This document shows, piece after piece, positions 12,136 through 24,744 of a stretch of 64,000 nt of DNA. This DNA is from an uncultured Gammaproteobacteria bacterium. GTDB taxonomy: Bacteria > Pseudomonadota > Gammaproteobacteria > UBA9214. The notes beneath the pieces were generated by a model. It made no database searches. It was not told where the DNA came from and worked only from the letters and a program-made list of their open reading frames with translations. The DNA lies in assembly GCA_963773065.1 (NCBI GenBank), contig CAVYZN010000023.1, positions 64,001 to 128,000 on the forward strand, written 5' to 3'. Every line of letters starts with the position of its first letter. Positions within the stretch are counted from its first letter, which is position 1. The position numbers and the translations under genes are program-made.

Positions 12136-12157
12136 AAAAAATGGGCCTTAGGCCCAC
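12136..12157 (-). promoter_or_regulatory. Hairpin + U-tract in the rimP leader
   Basis: Minus strand GTGGGCC-TAA-GGCCCA-TTTTTT. Confidence 0.55.
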
Positions 12158-12254
12158 TCCATGAACTCCGAATTTATCGTTCCGGGAGTATAGCAAAATA
12201 GCCAACCCCGCCCAAGCGGCACCGCCGTGGGGATTATATCCTGATCCGGACTAT

Positions 12255-12278
12255 AAAAAACCCCGATCGAGGGGCGTT
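12255..12278 (-). terminator. Putative terminator after tRNA-fMet
   Basis: Minus strand CCCC-TCGATC-GGGG followed by TTTTTT. Confidence 0.5.
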
Positions 12279-12288
12279 GATTATAGGT

Positions 12289-12365
12289 TGGTAGCGGGGG
12301 CAGGATTTGAACCTGCGACCTTCGGGTTATGAGCCCGACGAGCTGCCAGACTGCTCCACCCCGCA
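12289..12365 (-). tRNA. metY: tRNA-fMet (CAT), initiator type
   Basis: 77 nt; anticodon arm TCGGG-CTCATAA-CCCGA with three G:C pairs; GTTCAAAT T-loop; CCA end; 1:72 mismatch (U:U). Confidence 0.97.
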
Positions 12366-12630
12366 GCAACGGCCCGGAAGTGTAGCGGCTACCCCACACT
12401 AATTCAAGTCTAACCGGATTTTCACCTCCAGAAACGTCGAGTGCGGGCTACTGATCGAACGACCGTCTTCCTCACGCTCGATTTCCAGTGTGAACATCAT
12501 AATGGCTACCTCGGTTGTTTCCCCGCAATAATAGTATGTAGCCCGGGTTGAGCAATAGCGACAATGTCGCCGGGAGCAATGTTGGACAGCCGCAGGCTGC
12601 GCCCGTAGGGCGGAGTCCGGTAGGGAGGCG

Positions 12631-14070
12631 TCAGCCCAGCACCGCCGTGCACACCGACAGCAGCGCGCCGGGGAAGAGGCCGAGGGCGAGCACCGCGAGG
12701 CCGTTCACGCTCATCGCGATCCGCAGGTCGGCGCTGACCGCGAGCGGCGCCTGGGCCTCGGCCGCGTCGAAGTACATCAGCTTGACCACGCCGCAGGTAG
12801 TAGTAGGCGCCGATGATGGAGAAGAACACGCCGGCGAGCGCGAGCCACAGCAGGTCGACATGGATCACCGCCTGCAGCACCCACAGCTTGGCGTAGAAAC
12901 CGACCGTGGGCGGCACGCCGGCCAGGGAGAACATCAGGATCAGCATCATGAAGGCGAACCAGGGGCTGCGGTCGTTCAGGCCCTTGAAGTCATCCAGCCG
13001 GTCGGCCTCGAAGCCGGCGCGGCTCAGCAGGATGATCATGCCGAAGCCGCCGATCGCCGTGAGCGCATAGGTGATGGCGTAGAACAGGGCGGCCGAATAG
13101 CCCTCGGGGGTGCCGGCCAGAAGGCCCAGCAGCAGGAAGCCGACGTGCGATATGGTCGAATAGGCCAGCATGCGCTTGATGTTGGTCTGGGCGATGGCGA
13201 TCACGTTGCCGATCGCGAGCGAGAGCACGGCGAGGATGATCAGCATCTCCTGCCAGCTCGCGCTGAGGCCGCCGAGGGCCTCCGCCAGCACCCGCATGGC
13301 CATGGCGAAAGCGGCGATCTTGGGGGCGCTGCCGATGAACAGCGTCACGGGCGTGGGGGCGCCGTGATAGACGTCCGGGATCCACATGTGGAACGGCACG
13401 GCGCCGAACTTGAAGGCCAGTCCGACGACGATGAAGCACAGGGCGAACACCAGGATGATGTCCTTCTCGCCCGGGGACGCGATCGCCGCGGCCACCCGTT
13501 CGATATCCAGGCTGCCGGTGGCGCCGTAGAGCATGGAAATCCCGTAGAGCAGCATGCCCGAGGCGAGCGCGCCCAGCACGAAGTACTTCATCGCCGCCTC
13601 CGAGGCGGGCGCGGAATCCCGGTTGAAGGCGACCAGCGCGTACAGGGACAGCGACAGCAGCTCCAGCCCGAGGTAGACGGTCAGCAGGTTGTGGGCCGAG
13701 ACCAGCACCAGCATGCCGAGCACCGCGAACAGGCCGAGCACGTAGAATTCCCCGCGGAAGATGCCGCGCGCCACGCAGATAGCTGCGCGAATACAGGAAC
13801 ACCCCGAAGGTGATCAGGAGGATGCTGGTCTTCGAGAGCGCGGCCAGCGGATCGTGCACGAAGGTCCCATTCAGCAGCACCGCCGCCGGATGCTCCAGCA
13901 GGCTCCAGCTGAGCAGCGCCGCGAGCGAGCAGCGTGGCCTGGGACAGCACATAAGCGACCACGCGGCGCCCATCGCCGAGAAACACATCGATGACCAGGA
14001 TGGCGCAGGCCATGACCAGCAGGAAGATTTCCGTGGCGAGGGGCGCAAATTCGGCTAAGGCGATAGTCAT
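12631..14070 (-). CDS. nuoN: NADH-quinone oxidoreductase subunit N (apparent frameshifts)
   Basis: [46 protein letters not shown]. Confidence 0.96.
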
Positions 14071-14082
14071 GGGACTGCCCTT

Positions 14083-15648
14083 CTAGTGCGGCGCATTGAT
14101 GAGCGCCAGGCCGGTTTCCGGCAGCTTGGAAGCGGACACCTGGACGATCAGGTTGTCGACGCTGGCATGCATCACCTCGACCAGCGGCGCGGGCCAGATG
14201 CCGAACAGCAGCACCGCGCCCGCGAGGCTCGCCAGGATCACGAATTCGCGCGGGTTGACGTCCTCCAGAGCGCGCACGCCCTCGTTTGCGACCGCGCCGA
14301 AGATGACGCGCTTGACCAGCCACAGGCTGTAGGCGGCGCCCAGGACCAGCGTGGTCGCGGCCAGGAAGGCGAACCAGAAGTTCGCCTTGAAGCCGGCCAG
14401 GATCACCATGAACTCGCCGACGAAGCCGGAGGTGCCCGGCAGGCCCGAGTTGGCCATGGAGAACAGCATCATGAAGGCGGCGAATACCGGCATGGTGTTG
14501 ACGACGCCGCCGTAGTCGCCGATCTGGCGGCTGTGCAGGCGGTCATAGAGCACGCCGACGCACAGGAACAGCGCGCCGGAGATGAACCCGTGCGAGATCA
14601 TCTGCACCATGCCGCCCTCCATGCCGAGCGCGGCCCCCTGCGGGATCGACGCCCGGCGCCGCGGCGGTGTTGTCGAGCAGCGTGAACACGAGAAAGATGC
14701 CCAGCGTGACGAAGCCCATGTGCGCGATGGACGAATAGGCGATCAGCTTCTTCATGTCCTCCTGCACCAGCGCGACGAAACCGATGTAGACCACCGCGAC
14801 CAGCGACATGAGGATGATCAGCCAGTCCAGCGCGTGGCTCGCATCCGGGGTGATCGGCAGGCTGAAGCGCAGGAAGCCGTAACCGCCGATCTTCAGCATG
14901 ATGGCCGCCAGGATCACGGAGCCGCCGGTCGGCGCCTCCACGTGCGCGTCCGGCAGCCAGGTGTGCACCGGCCACATCGGCACCTTGACGGCGAAGGCCA
15001 GCAGGAAGGCGATGAAGATCAGCACCTGCTCCGTCATGTCGAGCGGCAGGCGCTGGAAATCGAGGATGCCGAAGCTGCCGGACTGCAGGTACATGTAGAT
15101 CAGCGCCACCAGCATGAACACCGAGCCGAAGAAGGTGTAGAGGAAGAACTTGATGGTGGCATAGACCCGCCGCGGGCCGCCCCAGACGCCGATGATGAGG
15201 AACATCGGCACCAGCATGGCCTCCCAGAAGACATAGAACAGCACCGCATCGAGCGCCGCGAACACGCCGTTCATCAGCCCCTCCATGATCAGGAAGGCCG
15301 CCATGTACTGCGCGGTCTTCTCCCGGATCACCTCCCAGCCGGCGAGCACCACCAGCAGCGTGGTGAAGGTGGTCAGGATGATCAGCGGCATGGAGATGCC
15401 GTCCACGCCGAGGTGGTAGTTGGCGTTGAAGGTCTCGATCCACGGGCGCCAGCTCCTGGAACTGCATGGTCGCCGTGGCCGTATCGAAATGCGTGTACAG
15501 CAGCATGCTCAGCAGGAAGGTCGCGCCGGCGACCAGCAGGGCGGCCGGGCGGCAGTCCGGGAAACCCAGCGCCTGCATCGCCAGCAGTAGGCACGCCGCC
15601 GGCCACCGGCAGCCAGATCAGCACGCTCAGCAAGGGAAAATCGATCAT
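14083..15648 (-). CDS. nuoM: NADH-quinone oxidoreductase subunit M (apparent frameshifts)
   Basis: VKVPMWPVHTWLPDAHVEAPTGGS, KKLIAYSSIAHMG, GLPGTSGFVGE. Confidence 0.96.
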
Positions 15649-17621
15649 GCGCCTGCCCCCGTGCCTAGGAAGACGAACCAGAACAGCAGCAGCAGCAGGC
15701 CGATGATCATGCTGAAGGCGTAGTGATAGAGGTAACCGGACTGCACCTGGCGCACCACGCCGGCCACCCAGCCCACCATGCGGGCGCTGCCGTTGACGAT
15801 CAGGCCGTCGATGATCAGCGTGTCGCCGAGCCTCCACAGCAGCCGCCCGACCCCGCGCGCGCCGCCGGCGAACACGGCCTCGTTGAAATCATCGGCGTAG
15901 TATTTGTTGACCAGGAGTTGATGGATGCCGCGAAAGCGCCGGGCGATGTTCCCGGCGACGGCCGGGTTCTTCATGTAGACATACCAGGCGGTCGCCACCC
16001 CGGCGAGGGCCAGGTAGAGCGGCCGGTCCCCCGAAGGCATGCCGCATGAAGCCCAGCGGCCCGTGGTAATGCGCGGCCAGTTCGCCCAGCACGTCATGCG
16101 CTGCGGCGACGGTGGATCGCGCCGTCGAAGAAATCGCCGAACACCACCGGACCGAGCCAGTAGCCGGCGAGCACCGAGGGGATGGCGAGCAGGATCAGCG
16201 GCGCGGTCACCACCCAGGGGGTCTCGTGCAGGTGCTCGCGGGTGTGTGCATCCATGCGCGGTTCGCCGTGGAACACGATGAAATACAGGCGGAAGCTGTA
16301 CAGCGCGGTGACGAACACGCCGAGCAGCACCGCCCAGTAGGCGATGCCCGCGCCCGGGAGGTGCGAGTCATGCACCGCCTCGATGATGGTGTCCTTGGAG
16401 AAGAAGCCGGAGAACAACGGCGTGCCGATCAGCGCCAGCGTGCCGATCAGGAAGGTGATCCAGGTGATCGGCATGTACTGGCGCATTCCGCCCATGTTGC
16501 GGATGTCCTGCTCGTGGTGCATGGCGATGATGACCGAACCCGCCGCGAGGAACAGCAGCGCCTTGAAGAAGGCATGGGTCATGAGGTGGAAGATGCCGGC
16601 GGCGTAGGCCGAGGCGCCCAGCGCCACGGTCATGTAGCCGAGCTGGGAGAGCGTCGAGTAGGCGATCACGCGCTTGATGTCGTTCTGCACGATGCCGAGG
16701 AACCCCATGAACAGCGCCGTGATCGCGCCGATGATCAGCACCACGCTCAGCGCGGTCTCCGACAGCTCGTAGAGCGGCGACATGCGCGCCACCATGAAGA
16801 TGCCGGCGGTGACCATGGTGGCGGCGTGGATCAGCGCCGAGATCGGCGTCGGGCCTTCCATGGAATCCGGCAGCCACACATGCAGCGGCACCTGGGCGGA
16901 CTTGCCCATGGCGCCGATGAACAGCGGAGATGCAGATGACCGTCAGCAGCGACCAGCTGGCTGCCGGAGAGGATTTCATAGCTCGTGGCCGCGAACTGCG
17001 GGGCCGCGGCAAACACCGTGGCGTAGTCCAGGCTGTTGAAGTGGGCGTAGATGGCGGCGATGCCCAGCAGAAAGCCGAAGTCCCCCACGCGGTTCACCAG
17101 GAAGGCCTTGAGGTTGGCGTGGATCGCGGTCTCGCGCGTGTACCAGAAGCCGATCAGCAAATAGGACACCAGGCCCACCGCCTCCCAGCCGAAGAAGAGC
17201 TGCAGGAAGTTGTTGGACATCACCAGCATCAGCATGGAGAAGGTGAACAGCGCGATATAACTGAAGAAGCGCTGGTAGCCCGGATCGTCGTGCATGTAGC
17301 CGATGGTGTAGACATGCACCATCGAGCGAGACGAAACTCACCACGGCGATCATCAGCGCCGTCAGCTTGTCGATCAGGAAGCCGATCTCGAAGCGCACCC
17401 CGTCGGAGACCATCCAGGTATAGACGCTGCCGTTGTAGGGCCCGGCGCCGTCGATGGCGATGTGCTTGAACACGATCAGCGACAGCACGAACGAGACCGC
17501 GACGCCCAGGATGGTGACCGTGTGCGCGCCCGCGCGGCCGATCTGCCGTCCGAACAGGCCGGCGACGATGGCGCCGAAGCAGCGGCGCGAGCGGTATGGC
17601 GAGGTAGAGATTCTCCATCAT
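15645..17621 (-). CDS. nuoL: NADH-quinone oxidoreductase subunit L (apparent frameshifts)
   Basis: [42 protein letters not shown]. Confidence 0.96.
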
Positions 17622-17634
17622 TAGCCCTTCACAT

Positions 17635-17940
17635 TTAGCCCTTCAGGGTATCCAGGTCATCGACGTTGATGGTCTGGCGGTTGCGGAACAGCACCACCAG
17701 GATCGCCAGCCCGATGGCGGACTCCGCGGCGGCGACGGTCAGGATGAAGAACACGAACACCTGCCCGGCGGTATCGCCCAGGAAATAGGAGAAGGCGATG
17801 AAGTTCATGTTGACCGCCAGCAGCATCAGCTCGATCGCCATCAGCAGGATGATGACGTTCTTGCGGTTGAGGAAGATCCCGGCGACGCTCAGCCCGAACA
17901 GGATGGCGCCCAGTATCAGATAGTCGGACAGTGCGATCAT
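17635..17940 (-). CDS. nuoK: NADH-quinone oxidoreductase subunit K
   Basis: [24 protein letters not shown]. Confidence 0.98.
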   Translation of the reverse strand: MIALSDYLILGAILFGLSVAGIFLNRKNVIILLMAIELMLLAVNMNFIAFSYFLGDTAGQVFVFFILTVAAAESAIGLAILVVLFRNRQTINVDDLDTLKG

Positions 17941-17975
17941 TTTCTATCAATCGTTTTCAATATGTGATTTCACAA

Positions 17976-18119
17976 ATTCACCGCAGAGACGCAAAGAACG
18001 CAGAGACACATTTTTAACAACAAAAGGTTCCTGTCCAGGTGTCATGTAACATACAGGTCCTGTTTCATCTTTGCTTTGTTCATACCTTACTTTGCGTTCT
18101 CTGCGTCTCTGCGGTGAAT
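17976..18119. repeat. Palindromic repeat element (CACCGCAGAGACGC family) between nuoJ and nuoK
   Basis: 30-bp inverted arms 17976-18005 / 18090-18119 (28/30) around an AT-rich spacer. Confidence 0.85.
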
Positions 18120-18131
18120 CATCGTTCTATC

Positions 18132-18737
18132 CTATTGCCTGTCTTCCGAACGCATCTTCACCAGGCGCACGCGGTCGGCGCGCTTCACGGCCACCTGCGC
18201 CGCCGGGTTCTGGTACTTCGTCTCCGGGCGGCGGCGCATGGTGAGCGCGATGGCGGCGATGATGGCCACCAGCAGGATCACCGCGGCGATCTCGAAGGGA
18301 TAGACGTAATCGGTATAGAGCACGCCGCCCAGTTCACGGGTGTTGCTGTAGCCCGCCGCGTGCCGCGCCGGGATGGCCACCGCCTGCGGGCCGAAATGCT
18401 TCACCCCGACCACCAGGCTCATCTCGAGCACGATGAGCAACGCCACGGTGAGCCCGACCGGCAGGTAGCGGATGAAACCTTCCCGCAGCGGCGTGACATT
18501 GATGTCCAGCATCATCACCACGAACAGAAACAGCACCATCACGGCGCCGACGTAGACCAGCACCAGGGCGATGGCGAGGAATTCCGCCTCGAGCAGCAGC
18601 CACAGCCCGGCGCTGGTGAAAAACGCCAGCACCAGGTGCAGCGCGGCGTGCACCGGGTTGCGCACCGTGATGACGCGCCCCGCCGCGAACACCAGGATGG
18701 CGGCGAGCATGTAGAAGACGAGGCGATCAAAATCCAT
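18132..18737 (-). CDS. nuoJ: NADH-quinone oxidoreductase subunit J
   Basis: RNPVHAAL, VYVGAVMVLFLFVVMML, YPFEIAAVILL. Confidence 0.98.
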   Translation of the reverse strand: MDFDRLVFYMLAAILVFAAGRVITVRNPVHAALHLVLAFFTSAGLWLLLEAEFLAIALVLVYVGAVMVLFLFVVMMLDINVTPLREGFIRYLPVGLTVALLIVLEMSLVVGVKHFGPQAVAIPARHAAGYSNTRELGGVLYTDYVYPFEIAAVILLVAIIAAIALTMRRRPETKYQNPAAQVAVKRADRVRLVKMRSEDRQ

Positions 18738-18742
18738 GCTGT

Positions 18743-19232
18743 CTACCGGTAGGCCGCATCTTCCATGCGGTCCTTGGCGATCTGGGCCTCATACTGGTCG
18801 CCGACGGCGAGCAGCATGTCCTTGGTCATGATGTGCTCGCCCCGCTTCTCGAAGGCGTACTCGAAGATGCGCGTTTCGACGATGGAGTCCACCGGGCAGG
18901 ATTCCTCGCAGAATCCGCAGTAGATGCACTTGAACAGGTCGATGTCGTAGCGCGTGGTGCGCCGGGTGCCGTCTTCGCGCTCCTCCGCCTCGATGGTGAT
19001 GGCGAGCGCCGGGCACACGGCCTCGCACAGCTTGCAGGCGATGCAGCGTTCTTCCCCGTTGGGGTAGCGGCGCAGGGCGTGCAGTCCCCGGAAGCGGCGC
19101 GACTGCGGGGTCTTCTCCTCGGGATACTGCACCGTGATCTTGCGCCGGAAGAGCTGCGCGCGCGGTCAGGCCCAGGCCCTTGCGCAGCTCGCTGAGCGTC
19201 AGGCTCTTCAGATAGGCGCCGAATCCGTCCAT
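18743..19232 (-). CDS. nuoI: NADH-quinone oxidoreductase subunit I (apparent frameshift near the 5' end)
   Basis: [12 protein letters not shown] and [12 protein letters not shown] Fe-S motifs. Confidence 0.97.
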
Positions 19233-19246
19233 AGCCGCGTGTTGCC

Positions 19247-20252
19247 TCAGTCGAACCAGGGGCCGACGCCGGCCACCACGGCCGCGCCTTCCACCGCCAG
19301 CCACACGATGGTGATCGGGATGAACACCTTCCAGCCGAGGCGCATGATCTGGTCATAGCGGTAGCGCGGGAAGGTGGCGCGCAGCCAGAGAAAGACGAAC
19401 AGGAAGAGCGAGGTCTTCGCCGATCAGCCAGGCGATGCCGGGCACCCAGGCAAACCAGGACTCGAACCAGGTTCCCTGAAGCGGCGACAGCCAGCCGCCC
19501 ATGAACATCACCGCCGTCAGCGTGGCGATCAGGATCATGTTGGCGTATTCCGCCAGGAAGAACACGGCGAAGGCCATGCCGGAGTATTCCACATGGAAGC
19601 CCGCCACGATCTCCGACTCGCCTTCCGCCACGTCGAAGGGGGCGCGGTTGGTCTCCGCCACCCCGGAGATGAAGTAGACCAGGAACAGCGGGAACAGCGG
19701 CAGCCAGAACCAGTGCAGCAGGCTGCCCTGCTGGGCCAGCACGATCTCGCGCAGATTCAGGCTGCCGCCGGCGATCAGCACGCCGACCAGGGCGAAGCCC
19801 ATGGAGATTTCATAGGCCACGATCTGCGCCGCGGAGCGCATCGCGCCGAGCAAGGCATATTTCGAATTGGACGCCCAGCCGGCGATGATGACGCCGTACA
19901 CGCCCATCGAGGTAAGCGCCAGTATATACAGCAGGCTGGCATCGATGTTCGCCAGCACCAGGGTGCCGGTGAACGGCATCACCGCCCAGGCCGCCAGCGC
20001 CGGGGCGATGGAGAGCATCGGGGCGATCACGAACAGGAAGCGGTCGGCGTTGGTCGGGATGATGATTTCCTTCATCAGCAGCTTCACGACATCGGCGATC
20101 GGCTGCAGCCAGCCGCGCGGCCCGACGCGGTTCGGCCCGATGCGCACCTGCATGTAGCCGATGATCTTGCGCTCGGCGTAGGTCAGGTAGGCGACGGACA
20201 GCATCAGCGGCAGCAGGATCGCGATGATCTTGAGCACGATGAACGCCGGCAT
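19247..20252 (-). CDS. nuoH: NADH-quinone oxidoreductase subunit H (start uncertain; apparent frameshift near the 3' end)
   Basis: [33 protein letters not shown]. Confidence 0.95.
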
Positions 20253-20386
20253 GCCTGAGGATTTCCCAGAATGCTCAGCAGTCATCGTCGACGGCCAGTT
20301 GTACCGACGTCCTGCAGCTGATCAGGGTGATCGCCAATGGGTCACTGTAGGATTATTGCAGCGCTGTGTACTGTCAGGCCCGGTCC

Positions 20387-22795
20387 TCATGCCCGCTCGA
20401 TGTAACCGGCCCGTAGCTCGGCGCCGAGACCCGCCGTTGCCGGGGTGCCGCTCGGCAACCAGAGGCATCCCGCGGGCACCCGTTCATCGATCTGAAGCGG
20501 CAGCGTGACGCGGCGCCCGCCCTGGGTGAGACTGACGGAGCCGGCGCCGCTCACACCGCTTTGCACAGCCTGCGCCGCGCACAGTCGCGCCACGACGGCC
20601 GCGAGCGCATCCGGCGTTTCCTGCAGGGCGGCGGCGCGGCGCACCAGGGCATCGGCGGAATGGATCGCCACATCGCCGATCCGCTCCAGACCCTGCCGGC
20701 CGGCGGGCGCGGCGGCGACCGGACCGCTGCCTCGCTGGTCGGCCACCGCCGCGGCATCGACCCGGCGGCGCAGTTCATCGCGCACTTCCTCGCTGAACTG
20801 GTGTAGTCAAACCCGTCCAGCCCGAGCCGGTTGCCGAGCACGCGCAGCACCTTCCAGCCGGGCCGGCTGCTCGGCGTGCGGACGCGGCGACACCGGCAAA
20901 GCTCTGCCAGCGTCCCTCGGCATTGACGAAAGTCCCGGAGGTTTCCGTGTAGGGCGCGATCGGCAGCAGCACGTTCGCACCGGTCTTCATCGCCGCGCTC
21001 GCCCAGGGGGTGAGCGCGACCACGCAGCCGGCGGTGGCGAGCGCCCGGGCGGCGGCGCCCGAGTCCCAGCAGTCGTGTTCCGGTTCGACGCCCACCAGCA
21101 GGTAACCCCGGCGCGGGTTCTCCAGCATGTCGCGGGCGTTCAGGCCGGCCGCGGCGACGGAGGCTCCCGCCGCGCCGCGATGCGGCAGCACGCCCGCGAG
21201 CCAGCCGCCGACGCTGTTCGCCGCCTCCGGCAAATGCCCGAGCACCGCGCCGCTGGCCGCGGCGATCACCGCGGCCAGCGCCGTGAGCAGCGAGTACTGC
21301 GGATGCGCCGTGGCCGTATTGCCCAGCAGCACCGTGCGGCGGCCGGCGCTCCGCAGGGCCTGCGCCATGGCGCGCTGGACTATCATCCGGGACGGCGGCG
21401 GCGATCAGGCGGCGCACCGCCTCCGGCGCCGTGCCGCCGGCATCCGGGAAACAGGCCGCGATACCCGCCAGCGCCGCCGCCATGCCGGATGGCGGCACGA
21501 TGGCCTTCGCATGCACCGGCATGGGGAATTCGTAGTCGATGGGGTTCACGAACATCACGCGGGCGCCCGCGAGCGCCGCCTTGCGCAGACGGTGGGCGGC
21601 GAGCGGCTGCTCCTTGCGCGGATTGGAGCCGATCACCAGGGCCGCCGTGACGGTTTCCAGCGCCTGCAGCGATTGGCCCAGCGTGGGCGCAAGCGGCGCA
21701 TTGTCCTGGTCGGTGAAATCGGCCTGGCGCAGGCGGTGATCGATGTTGTTCGTCCCCAGGCCCCGCGCGACGGCCTGGGCCAGAGTACATCTCCTCCAGC
21801 GTCGCCGTGGGCGAGACCAGCAGGCCGAGCTGTTCGGCGCCGTGTTCGCCGGCGACCGACTTGAGGCCGTCGACGGCCGCCTGCAGCGCGGCGTCCCAGT
21901 CGGTTTCCCGCCAGCGGCCGTCCACCTTGACCATGGGGGATCCCAGGCGGTCATCGGCGTACAGGCCCTCGTAGCTGAAGCGGTCGCGGTCGGACAGCCA
22001 GACTTCGTTGATGGCCTCGTTCTCGCGCGGCACCACGCGCATCACCTGCCCGCGGCGGGTGTGCACATAGATATTGGAGCCGACGGAGTCATGCGGCGCC
22101 ACGGAGGCGCCCTGGTTCAACTCCCAGGCGCGCGCCTTGAAGCGGAACGGCCGGGAGGTGAGCGCCCCCACCGGGCAGATATCGATCACGTTGCCCGAGA
22201 GTTCGGATTCGAGCGAGCCCTCGATGTAGGTGCCGATCTCCATGTTCTCGCCGCGCCCGGTCGCGCCCAGCTCCATCTTGCCGGCGACCTCGCGCAGCAG
22301 GCGGATGCAGCGCGTGCAGTGGATGCAGCGCGTCATGTCGGTGGCGATCAGCGGGCCGATGTACTTGTCCTTCACCACGCGCTTGTTCTCCGCGAAGCGC
22401 GAGACGTCGCGGCCGTAGCCGAGCGCCAGGTCCTGCAGTTCGCACTCCCCGCCCTGGTCGCAGATCGGGCAGTCGAGCGGGTGGTTGATGAGCAGGAATT
22501 CCATCACGGCCTTCTGCGCGCCGCGGGCGAGCTCCGAGCGGGTGGATATCTTCATGCCCGCGGCGACCGGGGTCGCGCAGGCCGGCACCGGTTTCGACAT
22601 CTTCTCCACCTGCACCAGGCACATGCGGCAGTTGGCGGCGATGGAGAGTTTCTTGTGGTAGCAGAAACGCGGGATGTAGATCCCGGCCTGGTCCGCCACC
22701 TCGATGATCATGGCGCCCTTGCGCGCCTTAAGCGCACGCCCGTCGATCTCGATCGCTACCGCTTCCGCCGGCGGGATCTCGGGACGGGCGCTCAT
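20387..22795 (-). CDS. nuoG: NADH-quinone oxidoreductase subunit G (apparent frameshifts)
   Basis: [47 protein letters not shown]. Confidence 0.96.
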
Positions 22796-24093
22796 GCGGC
22801 GACTCCGGTCGAGACGGCGCCGGGGCCCGCCAGGCAGCGCTTGTGGGTGATGTGGTATTCGAACTCGTGGCGGTAATGCCGGAGGAAGCTCTGCACCGGC
22901 CAGGCCGAGGCTTCGCCGAAGGCGCAGATGGTGCGGCCCTCGATCTGGCCCGCGGCGCTCGCCAGCAGGTCCAGGTCCTCGGGACGCCCCTGCCCTTCCT
23001 CGATGCGCTTGATGACCCGGTACATCCAGCCGGTGCCTTCCCGGCAGGGCGTGCACTGGCCGCAGGATTCCGCGTAATAGAACCGCGAGATGCGCAGCAG
23101 CGCGCGCACCATGCAGGTGGAGTCGTCCATCACCATGACGCCGCCGGAGCCGAGCGCCGAGCCGGCCTTGGAGAGCGAGTCATAGTCCATGGTGCAGCCC
23201 ATGATGGCCGCGGCCGGCATGACCGGCATGGAGGAGCCGCCCGGGATCACCGCCTTCAACGCATGGCCGTGGCGCACGCCGCCGGCCATCTCCAGCAGGT
23301 CGCGGAACGGGATGCCCATCGGCACCTCGAAGTTGCCCGGCCGGTTGACGTGCCCGGACACGGAGAAGATCTTCACGCCGCCGTTGTTCGGCTTGCCGAG
23401 CTTGAGGAACCACTCGCCGCCGTTGCGCATGATGGCGGGCACGGAGGCCAGCGTCTCGGTGTTGTTGATGGTGGTGGGCCTGCCGTACAGGCCGTAGTTG
23501 GCCGGAAACGGCGGCTTGAAGCGCGGCTGGCCCTTCTTGCCTTCCAGCGATTCGAGCAGCGCGGTTTCCTCGCCGCAGATGTAGGCCCCGGCGCCGAGAT
23601 GCCCGTGGCATTCGAAGTCGACGCCGGAACCGAGCAGATTCCTGCCCACGAAGCCGGCCGCGCGCGCCTCCGCGAGCGCGTGCTCGAAACGCTCGAACGG
23701 CTCGTGGTGAAACTCGCCGCGCATGTAGTTGTAGCCCACCGTGGCGCCCATGGCGTAACCGGCGATCGCCATGCCCTCGACCAGGGCATGCGGATTGAAG
23801 CGCAGGATGTCGCGGTCCTTGCAGGTACCCGGTTCGGATTCGTCCGAGTTGCACACGAGGTACTTCTGCACCGGCGCATTGCGGGGCATGAAGCTCCATT
23901 TGAGCCCGGTCGGGAAGCCCGCGCCGCCGCGCCCGCGCAGGCCCGATTGCTTCACCTCGTCGATGATCTCCTCGGGCGGGGTCTTCTCCCGCAGGATCTT
24001 CCGCCACGCCTGGTAGCCGCCGACCTTGAGGTAGTTCTCCAGGGTCCACGGCTCGTCGAACTGCAGGGTGGCGAAACAGATCTGTTCGGTCAT
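22792..24093 (-). CDS. nuoF: NADH-quinone oxidoreductase subunit F
   Basis: [38 protein letters not shown]. Confidence 0.99.
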   Translation of the reverse strand: MTEQICFATLQFDEPWTLENYLKVGGYQAWRKILREKTPPEEIIDEVKQSGLRGRGGAGFPTGLKWSFMPRNAPVQKYLVCNSDESEPGTCKDRDILRFNPHALVEGMAIAGYAMGATVGYNYMRGEFHHEPFERFEHALAEARAAGFVGRNLLGSGVDFECHGHLGAGAYICGEETALLESLEGKKGQPRFKPPFPANYGLYGRPTTINNTETLASVPAIMRNGGEWFLKLGKPNNGGVKIFSVSGHVNRPGNFEVPMGIPFRDLLEMAGGVRHGHALKAVIPGGSSMPVMPAAAIMGCTMDYDSLSKAGSALGSGGVMVMDDSTCMVRALLRISRFYYAESCGQCTPCREGTGWMYRVIKRIEEGQGRPEDLDLLASAAGQIEGRTICAFGEASAWPVQSFLRHYRHEFEYHITHKRCLAGPGAVSTGVAA

Positions 24094-24096
24094 GTC

Positions 24097-24601
24097 CTAC
24101 TCCAGCGCGTCCAGGATCTCGTCCACCTTCGCGGCGGTGAGATGCTCGTGGTAGTGTCCGTCGACGGTCATCATGGGTGCGCCGGCGCAGGCGGCCAGAC
24201 ACTCCTCCTCGCGCTTGAGGGTGATGCGCCCGTCGGGGGTGGTTTCGCCGAGCCGGATGCCGAGCCGGTTCTCCACATGCGCCACGAGGCTCGTCCGCCC
24301 CGCACAGCATGCAGGACAGGTTGGTGCACAGGGAGACCATGTGCCGCCCGACCGGTTTGAGCTCGATCATGGAATAGAAGGTGCCCACCTCGTAGACCTG
24401 CATCCTGGGCATGTTCAGGTACTCGGCCACCGCGTCCATCAGCTCGCGGCTGACCCAGCCGCCGTTCTGCGCCTGCACGATGTGCAGCGCCGGCAGCACC
24501 GCGGACTGGCGCTGGTCGGGCGGATACTTCGCCAGCCAGGCATCGATCTGCGCGCGCGAGGCGGCGCTGATCAGTCCGGTCGTGTCCATCTGTGCGTTCA
24601 T
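24097..24601 (-). CDS. nuoE: NADH-quinone oxidoreductase subunit E (apparent frameshift)
   Basis: [36 protein letters not shown]. Confidence 0.96.
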
Positions 24602-24651
24602 GTCACGTCGATTCACACTACGCGACAGCGCCAAGCAGTATCTGATCTCTG

Positions 24652-24733
24652 CGTAGGAGCGGGCTTGCCCGCGAACACGCGTTTCATGATCACTGGTTCG
24701 CTCAACCGGTTCGCGGGCAAGCCCGCTCCTACG
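24652..24733. repeat. GTAG-type REP doublet (REPIN) between nuoD and nuoE
   Basis: Perfect 25-bp inverted repeat cGTAGGAGCGGGCTTGCCCGCGAAC at 24652-24676 / 24709-24733. Confidence 0.9.
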
Positions 24734-24744
24734 ATTGATCCGGT

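Noticed and set aside
17621-17645. 11-bp repeat ttagcccttca at the nuoK end
   Set aside because: A tiny local duplication supplying the nuoL RBS region; no evidence of a mobile element.
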